A stretch of DNA of 32,000 nt from Promethearchaeota archaeon (GTDB lineage: Archaea > Asgardarchaeota > Lokiarchaeia > Sigyniarchaeales > SOKP01). The stretch spans positions 184,259-216,258 of the forward strand of contig JAUWGH010000008.1 of NCBI GenBank assembly GCA_030606485.1, given 5' to 3'. The position numbers were made by a program, and so were the translations under genes. Under the pieces are notes generated by a model that saw nothing but the letters and a program-made list of their open reading frames with translations, was not told the DNA's origin and searched no databases. Shown piece by piece: positions 24,512 to 32,000 of the stretch (position 1 is the stretch's first letter; each line of letters begins with the position of its first letter).

Positions 24512-27500
24512 TTAATCCTTAATTTTCCAACCATCTTTTAAAACAAAAATAATTTTATCTTCCTTTCTTATTTGATTTATGATCACTCTAATTTCTTTTT
24601 TAGTTGTTAGTATTTCAGCATCCTCTGCAGTCTTTAATACAGTTTCTATTAATTTTTCTTTAAGAATTCTTACATCATGACTTTCTTTTAATACTTTAAA
24701 CACCATTTCTTCAATCTTTTCTTTGTTTTTTAGAAAAGTTTGTTCTTGTTCTTCAGTGAGAGATATTTCCTCCTCTATTGGCTTCTTTTCGATTTCTTTT
24801 TTCTCCTTTTCCTCAATTTCATCAGGTTTAACTTCTGATTTCTTTTCCTTTTCTGTTATTTCCTTGGTTGTTATTATTTTAGAAGGAATCATTTCAATTT
24901 GTTTTTTGGATTTTTCATCTTTCACTTCAATTGGTTCAGCACTTTTTCTACGCTTTTTTATAATAATAATTGCTATAGCTCCAACTACTACAACCGCAAT
25001 AATAGCTAAAACCAGAAAAATTAAAAGCAAATTATCTATTGGAGGAGCTTTACTTAAAGATATTGTTAAACTTAAGGAAGCACCGTTGTATTTGTAATTT
25101 CCCTCGTATAAAACTGTAATATTTACAAACTCAGCGCCCTCTGGTATTACAATATCATAACTTGCAAGTCCATCTGCATTTGTAATAGAAGTTATCGTTT
25201 GTGGGGCAAGACCACCACCAAAATCGAATATTAAACTTATATTTTCACCCGAAATTGGAAGATCCGCACTTATTTGTAATAATGATAGGTTAATAGAGAC
25301 AAATTCCAATTTTATTGAAATACTGAGGATATCCCCAATTCCAATACTTTCAGGAGCATCGTATAATGATAGATCTACTACATATTTTTCTGAAAATTCA
25401 ATAGTATATAAAATAGAGCGATTAATATAGTAATCTTCGGTAAATATAATATTTAAATTGTATGTTTGTGCAGTAAAATTATCGGTTAATAAAATCCAAT
25501 AATATATATCACCCAAAACAGTAGCTTCATAATTAATGCCATCAAGCACCAATATTACATTACTTTGATTGATATAATATCCCGTTATATTATCTTTCAA
25601 TTTTAGTTGAATCGATAAATTATTGCCAATATATGCATCTGAAATTGACCCATCTTGAATTTCTAACTCATGCCCATAATCACTTGCACTTAAATTAGAA
25701 ATTTCAAGCCCTTTATAACCCATTGTAATATAAAATTGAAACGTAACGGTCTCCCAGTTATCCTTCATCATTGTTATTGATATTGAATATGTGCCTATTA
25801 GATTAGTTGGTATTAACCATTCATATATTCCACTAACTCCATTGTAATCGTAATAATTTTGTCCATTGAAATTAAGAATCCCGTTACCATCATTTATCCA
25901 CATGAAATTATTTTCATCATAGAATGAGAATTGAATTCTAGAACTATAGGGTAACCACCCTAAATACGAATTGGAACTTACATCGTAGATTAATTGGCCA
26001 CTAAATCCATCATGTTCTGGTTGATTTACGCTTATTAACGCTCCATTAGTTGGTATAAAATTAATTATTAAATAACACGTTATAGACGCACCATGATAAC
26101 TAGTTTTAACAAATACAATTTTACAGGTATGATTTCCTATAAGTTCATTAAACGTGCTAATGGTAAACATACATTGTCCTTGACTATTTGTGATATTTTC
26201 ATATATTTTTTCTCCAGACTGTTCATAATTAAAAATAAAGCTAGCGTTAGCGCCATTTATTGGATTTCCGTTCTCAGCATTACGAAATTCAACAAGAAAT
26301 GTTGTATTATAATTTCTATAAATAAAATAGTTAACCCCATCGATAATAATATCTCGACCTTCTGGTTGTTCTACATTTAAAATTGAACTGTTTGTAAACC
26401 AACTTATAAGCGTTAAATTAAATGTAATAATAGAAGAGTTGTAGAATGATTTTGATATATTTAAAAGGGCTATATAAGATCTATCTGGAATAAAATTACT
26501 TGAATTAATCTCAATCCAACATTCTCCATTAGATCCTGTTATATTTTCATATAATTCACCATTAATTTCCAATTTAACATTAGCATAAGAAACTCTCTCT
26601 GAATGAAGAATATCCCAATATTGAATAATAAATGTAGCATTTGAATCACCTTTTGAATAATATACTTTCAATATTGAATCGTATGACATTTCTCCATTAT
26701 CATCAAATGCACTCGTAATAGTGATATTAGTTTCACATATCACATAAAAGTTATAATTAAAAGTTTGATTTTCATAATATGTTTTATTTCCAGTAATTTC
26801 AACTGTTTTGGAGCCATAATCACTAGGCCCAAAATTACCACAAATAATATTAATTCGGTAAAAGCCGTCGGTTCCATTGGTAACAGATATTGATTGCCAT
26901 ATCCCACCACCAATGCTGTACCAGATGGTTGCACCATTAATTGCAGCAATTTGATTTATATCTTCAAAATACACATCAATATCAAAATTTTGATTTGTAT
27001 AAAAAGTATCATCTTGATTTGGTGAAGCTAACGTCAAATCTGTTTCGCAGATTACATAAAAGTTATAATTAAGCGTTTGATTTTCATAATATGTTTTATT
27101 TCCAGTAATTTCTACAGTTTTTAAGCCATAATCATCGGGTCCAAAATTACCACAAATAATATTAATTCGGTAAAAGCCGTCGGTTCCATTGGTAACAGAT
27201 ATTGATTGCCATATCCCACCATCAATGCTGTACCAGATGGTTGCACCATTAATTGCAGCATTTTTATTTACATCTTCAAAATACACATCAATATTAAAAT
27301 TTTGATTAGTATAGAAAGTATCATCTTGATTTGGTGAAGCTAACGTCAAATCAGTTTCGCAGATCACATAAAAGTTATAATTAAGCGTTTGATTTTCATA
27401 ATATGTTTTATTTCCAGTAATTTCTACAGTTTTTAAGCCATAATCATCGGGTCCAAAATTACTGCAATCTACGTTAAATATATAATAACCAATTGTTCCA

Positions 27501-30500
27501 TTATTTGCAATAGTGGATAACCAAGTTCCACCATCAATACTGTACCAAATTGTTGCTCCATTTATTGCTTCAATTTGATTCGTGTCTTCGAAATAAACAA
27601 CAACATCAAAATTTTGATTTGTGTAAAAAGAATCATCTTGATTTGGTGAAGCTAACGTCAAATCAGTTTCGCAGATTACGTAAAAATAATAATCCAACGT
27701 AGAATGATCATAGTAAGATTTATTTACCGAAATTTCTATTTTTATTCGACCATAATCATTCGAATCAAATATATTACAATCAACATTAAATTCGTAATAA
27801 CCTGCTGTTCCATTATCTCCAACAATTAATTGCCAGCCAGCATTATTAATATTATACCAAATAGTACCTCCTGAAATTGCTTCAATTTGATTCGTGTCTT
27901 CAAAATAAACAACAACATCAAAATCCTCATTTGTATAAAAAGTAGAATCCTGACTTGGACTGAAGAGAGTTAAATCCGTCTCACAGATTACGTAAAAATA
28001 ATAATCCAACGTAGAATTCTCATAGTAAGATTTATTTACCGAAATTTCTATTTTTATTCGACCATAATCATCGGAATCAAATATATTACAATCAACATTA
28101 AATTCGTAGTAACCTGCTGTTCCATTATCTCCAACAATTAATTGCCAACCAGCATTATTAATATTATACCAAATGGTACCCCCTGAAATTGCTTCAATTT
28201 GATTCGTGTCTTCAAAATAAACTACAACATCAAAATCCTCATTTGTATAAAAAGTAGTGTCCTGACTTGGACTAAAGAGAGTTAAATTCGTTTCACATAT
28301 CACATAAAAATTATAATTAAGGGTTTGGTTTTCATAATATGTTTTATTAGCAGTAATTTCTACAGTTTTAAAACCATAGTCATCAGGTCCAAAATTACTA
28401 CAAATAACATTAATTAAGTAATAACCAATCGTTCCATTATTTTCAGAAGTGGCTAACCATGCTCCGCCGTCAATACTATACCATATGGTTGCCTCATCAA
28501 TTGCGTTGAAGTGAATTAAATCCTCAAAATATATAATTATATCAAAATTTTGATTAGTATAGAAAATGTCATCCTGATTTGGTTCGGCTAAATAAAGAGA
28601 AGAAAGCCCAATAACAGTAAAATTAAATCTCAAGCTACTGGTTTCATAGAAAAATTTAGATGCGTTAATTATTATATATTTCTCTCCCCAAGTTGTAAAT
28701 TCGGAGCAATTAATACTTATATTATAATAACCAGGTTGTGCAAGTGGGGTAATAGTTATAGAACCATAAAACCCTCCATTCAAACTACATTGTATTGTTG
28801 CACCATCTAAACCTTCATTCTTCATTGTATCATTATAGAAAACCGTAATATTTAAAATATCATTTGAGTAATAAACAGAATCTATTTCAGACGGAGTAAC
28901 AGGTCCTAGTAATAATTCGGCTGTTATTGGATTAATTGTTAAATTAAATTCATAGGTAACATTCGCCCAGTTTAATTTACTCATTATTATTTTAATCACA
29001 AAAGTGCCATTTACATTATATGATGGAATTACCCATGAATAAATTCCAATATTTCCTGAATGATTCCAATAAAGAACTCCATTAAATAATAATGAGCAAT
29101 TTCCGTCATTAATCCAAACTTCGTTTAATTTATCATAAAATGAAAAAGAAATATTTATATTATATTTCATTAGTCCTTCATAAGTATTATTTGATGGATA
29201 ATAAGTTAATTCTACAGGATCACCCGATATATGACTTAATTGCGTTACATTAAGAAGTGTGCCGTTAGTTGGAATAAATGTAATATTTAATTTTCCCGTA
29301 ATTACAGATGTTTTATAATCTTCTTTTGAAAATGTGATCGTAAAATCATAGATTCCAGTTATCATATTATGAGTAGGTATTATAAATTTAACTTGTCCTG
29401 AATCATTTGTGAATCTCAAATCACTAAATACTTCTATTCCACCAAAAGTTAAAACAATAGTAGCTTGTGAATCATTTATTGGCTCATGATCATCCGTATT
29501 CCAATAATCTGCTAAGATTGTTGTATTATAGTTCCTGTAAATGACATAATGAACACCATCAAAATAAACAGTTGTTAAGCCTCCAGTTTGATTAACTGTT
29601 AAAATTGAAGAGTTTGTTTCATATTGTACTATGGATAGATTTAACCAAATCACTGAGGCTTCATAATTGAATTTCCAGAAAGTTATATTTATTTTATAAT
29701 CACCCTGCTCATAACCGCTAGAATTTAATTCAAACCAACATGTTCCAGATTGAGTTTGATTTTCTAGAAATTCAATACCTTGAACCGTTAAATTACCATT
29801 TGCGGCATCTATACTATAAGAGTGATTAACATCCCAGAATGTAATAATAATAGTCACATTTTCATCTCCTTTTGAAGTATATATAGGATAATCACCCACA
29901 TAACTTGGAAATAGCTCGCTTTTATCAAAAACTAAATCTATGGTAATGTTTGTATATATTGTGTTTATATCAAAATTATGTGTTGTTGTATTGCTTATAA
30001 AATTCGATTTAAAAAAATAAATGATAAAGGAATAATCTTCAGCTATTGCTAAAGTTTCAACATCAATTTCCCATTTAAATATTCCGTCTCCATCAATATC
30101 TGTATCTGTATAATTTATTAAATTAAATTCTAATTTCGCTGTTGCAGGTGTTATTTCCGTATTATTATAATAATTTAAATATTTTGCATAAACCGTAATA
30201 TTCTCACCATTAAAACCATCGTATTTTCCATTTCTTAGAATTAAGATTTGTCCGTATTGGGTTAAATTTATAATTTCCATGTATGTATCGCAAGGAAGTA
30301 TTTCTATTTGAAAACTATCAATAACAGAGTTGTAATAGGTTTTATTCAAAATAATTTCAACATTATAAATACCAACATCTAAAAAAGCAGTATTTAACGT
30401 CCAAATATAATATCCATCATTATTTAAATCTTGATGAATTTGAGATGCCAAACTTTGGAAAGTAAGATTTCCTGTTCCACCTGTAATTAATGTATTCAAA

Positions 30501-32000
30501 TTATCAATATCAAAATAAGATATATTAATTATCGCATTTATACCATAATAAATTTGCCAAGGAGAACTCTCATCGAAAATACCATAATTGTTTTGATCGA
30601 TTCTATTAATATTGTAGGAAGTTCTATTCCAAACCTCTAAATATATTATATAATTTTGAGTTATGTTATATATTAAAGATATGTTGAATCCAATTTCATA
30701 AGGATTTCCTCCTGCTCCAATTACGTTAGAAGTATTTAAAATTAAATTATAATTCCCATTTCCAATATCTTGCCATGAATAAATAAATGATGGATCAATA
30801 GATGTTAGTTGTAATTGAGCACCAGAAATTGGACTCGAATCATTCCACATATAATGTGCAACAAAAGTTATATTTGCACCTCTTATTACTTCTTGATAAT
30901 TATCATCAATATATTGCGAGGTAACATTCCATAAATAATAATTATAATCTTTAGATTGGTTAATATAATAAATTTTCGAAGTATTTACCCTAATTAAAAT
31001 AGGTCCGTAGCCAATATTTCGAACATGCCAATTATAAATTGTTATATTATAATATCCGTTTCCATAATCAAACCAGTTTGTTGATTGATACCCATTCCCA
31101 TAATCATATTCAATATTTGCTCCAGAAATTCCAGAATCTTTATTTATATCATTATAATAAATTGTTATATTGAAATAACTCTCTGAATCCATATCTAAAT
31201 ATTGTAATGGATATGTTATCGTTAAATCAGTGAAACAAATTACGTTAAAATTATAATCGAGAGTATTATTCTCGTAATAAGTTTTATTGGCAGTAATTTG
31301 GACCATTTTTGGTCCATAATCGTCGTGATTGAATTGATTACAATAAATGGTAATATTATAGTAGCCAACTGTCCCATTGTTTACGGTTGTCTGCTGCCAC
31401 CCTTGCCCATCAATATTATAATATATGGTAGCTCCATTTATAACAATATTATGGTTTATATCTTCAAAATAGATCGTTATGTTGAACACCTGATTTGTAT
31501 AGAAGATATCATCCTGATTTGGCTCCATTAAGGTTAAATCTGTAAAGCAAATCACATTAAAGTTATAATCAAGTGTTTGATTTTCGTAATAAGTTTTATT
31601 GACAGTAATTTGAACTGTTTTTGGTCCATAATCATCGTGATTAAATTGATTACAATAAATTGTGATGTTATAATAGCCTGTTGTGCCATTATTCAATGTT
31701 GTTTGTTGCCACCCTTGTCCATCAATGTTATAGTATATAGTTGCACCATCAATGGCAGCATTATGATTTAAATCCTCAAAATAGATAGTAATATTGAAAA
31801 CTTGATTTGTATAGAAGGTATCATCCTGATTTGGTTCCATTAGGGTTAAGTCCGTAAGACAAATCACATTAAAGTCATAGTTAAGTGTTTGATTATCGTA
31901 ATATGTTTTATTAGCAGTGATTTGGACCGTTTTTTGTCCGTAATCATCATGATTAAATTGATTACAGTAAATAGTAATGTTATAGTATCCCTCTGTTCCG
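24512..32000 (-). CDS. Giant single-pass surface glycoprotein/adhesin-like protein with Ig-like repeats (5' end outside window)
   Basis: Frame is open beyond the track start to the window edge (GTEGYYNITIYC...). Beta-rich repeats dense in N-x-S/T, TM helix at about 24960-25032, then a charged cytoplasmic tail. Confidence 0.9.
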   Translation of the reverse strand, partial: GTEGYYNITIYCNQFNHDDYGQKTVQITANKTYYDNQTLNYDFNVICLTDLTLMEPNQDDTFYTNQVFNITIYFEDLNHNAAIDGATIYYNIDGQGWQQTTLNNGTTGYYNITIYCNQFNHDDYGPKTVQITVNKTYYENQTLDYNFNVICFTDLTLMEPNQDDIFYTNQVFNITIYFEDINHNIVINGATIYYNIDGQGWQQTTVNNGTVGYYNITIYCNQFNHDDYGPKMVQITANKTYYENNTLDYNFNVICFTDLTITYPLQYLDMDSESYFNITIYYNDINKDSGISGANIEYDYGNGYQSTNWFDYGNGYYNITIYNWHVRNIGYGPILIRVNTSKIYYINQSKDYNYYLWNVTSQYIDDNYQEVIRGANITFVAHYMWNDSSPISGAQLQLTSIDPSFIYSWQDIGNGNYNLILNTSNVIGAGGNPYEIGFNISLIYNITQNYIIYLEVWNRTSYNINRIDQNNYGIFDESSPWQIYYGINAIINISYFDIDNLNTLITGGTGNLTFQSLASQIHQDLNNDGYYIWTLNTAFLDVGIYNVEIILNKTYYNSVIDSFQIEILPCDTYMEIINLTQYGQILILRNGKYDGFNGENITVYAKYLNYYNNTEITPATAKLEFNLINYTDTDIDGDGIFKWEIDVETLAIAEDYSFIIYFFKSNFISNTTTHNFDINTIYTNITIDLVFDKSELFPSYVGDYPIYTSKGDENVTIIITFWDVNHSYSIDAANGNLTVQGIEFLENQTQSGTCWFELNSSGYEQGDYKINITFWKFNYEASVIWLNLSIVQYETNSSILTVNQTGGLTTVYFDGVHYVIYRNYNTTILADYWNTDDHEPINDSQATIVLTFGGIEVFSDLRFTNDSGQVKFIIPTHNMITGIYDFTITFSKEDYKTSVITGKLNITFIPTNGTLLNVTQLSHISGDPVELTYYPSNNTYEGLMKYNINISFSFYDKLNEVWINDGNCSLLFNGVLYWNHSGNIGIYSWVIPSYNVNGTFVIKIIMSKLNWANVTYEFNLTINPITAELLLGPVTPSEIDSVYYSNDILNITVFYNDTMKNEGLDGATIQCSLNGGFYGSITITPLAQPGYYNISINCSEFTTWGEKYIIINASKFFYETSSLRFNFTVIGLSSLYLAEPNQDDIFYTNQNFDIIIYFEDLIHFNAIDEATIWYSIDGGAWLATSENNGTIGYYLINVICSNFGPDDYGFKTVEITANKTYYENQTLNYNFYVICETNLTLFSPSQDTTFYTNEDFDVVVYFEDTNQIEAISGGTIWYNINNAGWQLIVGDNGTAGYYEFNVDCNIFDSDDYGRIKIEISVNKSYYENSTLDYYFYVICETDLTLFSPSQDSTFYTNEDFDVVVYFEDTNQIEAISGGTIWYNINNAGWQLIVGDNGTAGYYEFNVDCNIFDSNDYGRIKIEISVNKSYYDHSTLDYYFYVICETDLTLASPNQDDSFYTNQNFDVVVYFEDTNQIEAINGATIWYSIDGGTWLSTIANNGTIGYYIFNVDCSNFGPDDYGLKTVEITGNKTYYENQTLNYNFYVICETDLTLASPNQDDTFYTNQNFNIDVYFEDVNKNAAINGATIWYSIDGGIWQSISVTNGTDGFYRINIICGNFGPDDYGLKTVEITGNKTYYENQTLNYNFYVICETDLTLASPNQDDTFYTNQNFDIDVYFEDINQIAAINGATIWYSIGGGIWQSISVTNGTDGFYRINIICGNFGPSDYGSKTVEITGNKTYYENQTFNYNFYVICETNITITSAFDDNGEMSYDSILKVYYSKGDSNATFIIQYWDILHSERVSYANVKLEINGELYENITGSNGECWIEINSSNFIPDRSYIALLNISKSFYNSSIITFNLTLISWFTNSSILNVEQPEGRDIIIDGVNYFIYRNYNTTFLVEFRNAENGNPINGANASFIFNYEQSGEKIYENITNSQGQCMFTISTFNELIGNHTCKIVFVKTSYHGASITCYLIINFIPTNGALISVNQPEHDGFSGQLIYDVSSNSYLGWLPYSSRIQFSFYDENNFMWINDGNGILNFNGQNYYDYNGVSGIYEWLIPTNLIGTYSISITMMKDNWETVTFQFYITMGYKGLEISNLSASDYGHELEIQDGSISDAYIGNNLSIQLKLKDNITGYYINQSNVILVLDGINYEATVLGDIYYWILLTDNFTAQTYNLNIIFTEDYYINRSILYTIEFSEKYVVDLSLYDAPESIGIGDILSISIKLEFVSINLSLLQISADLPISGENISLIFDFGGGLAPQTITSITNADGLASYDIVIPEGAEFVNITVLYEGNYKYNGASLSLTISLSKAPPIDNLLLIFLVLAIIAVVVVGAIAIIIIKKRRKSAEPIEVKDEKSKKQIEMIPSKIITTKEITEKEKKSEVKPDEIEEKEKKEIEKKPIEEEISLTEEQEQTFLKNKEKIEEMVFKVLKESHDVRILKEKLIETVLKTAEDAEILTTKKEIRVIINQIRKEDKIIFVLKDGWKIKD
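26735..28609 (-). repeat. Six tandem 312-nt (104-aa) intragenic repeats
   Basis: Junction codons (VIC/VIG) at 28607, 28295, 27983, 27671, 27359, 27047 and 26735, each exactly 312 nt apart. Confidence 0.97.
31235..32000 (-). repeat. Second block of 312-nt repeats (2 full units plus a partial unit running off the window; a diverged unit follows at about 30920-31237)
   Basis: VIC codons at 31859, 31547 and 31235. Confidence 0.95.

Noticed and set aside
24723-31771. ORFs at 24723, 26093, 26740, 31298 and 31577
   Set aside because: Shadows of the giant gene; recurrence simply reflects its repeats.
31865-31867. GTG start of the 2451-aa ORF
   Set aside because: Internal Val of a repeat junction; the frame stays open to base 32000 and no signal peptide is present here.
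26735-32000. 312-nt repeats as a CRISPR array or DGR target
   Set aside because: Repeats are in-frame coding units with no spacer structure. No cas or reverse-transcriptase gene is present, and no adenine-specific TR/VR pattern was noticed.
1-32000. tRNA, rRNA or CRISPR features
   Set aside because: No cloverleaf/TTCGA arm, rRNA-like GC-rich block or repeat-spacer array was found by eye.

Overview
Very AT-rich archaeal window, most likely from an Asgard (Lokiarchaeia-like) genome. This is an inference from the co-occurrence of a Vps29-like protein, a Roadblock/LC7 protein, an SCP2-like protein, archaeal RadA and GGTG/GAGG ribosome-binding sites. From left to right it holds: the 3' part of ppdK; a Vps29-like gene; an SCP2-like gene divergent from an Fe-ADH/AOR pair, where AOR appears to need a non-AUG start; a tandem duplication (1658 bp offset) of a cassette made of a 55-aa RHH-like gene missed by the ORF track, a palindromic operator and a Ca2+/cation antiporter, with a ferredoxin remnant between the copies; a LarA-like gene; a decayed IS607 element whose TnpB has a rearranged (Fanzor-type) RuvC; a divergent feoC-like/dtxR and feoAB-orf iron locus with two TTAG-N6-CTAA boxes; a methyltransferase; a GT-C glycosyltransferase; dCMP deaminase; a His-tailed TrmO; one intact and one decayed VapBC pair; PGI; Roadblock; and RadA. 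The last 7.5 kb is a giant single-pass surface protein that runs off the window. It has exact 312-nt Ig-like repeats, co-varying cysteines and a cytoplasmic winged-helix-like tail. No tRNA, rRNA or CRISPR array was seen.
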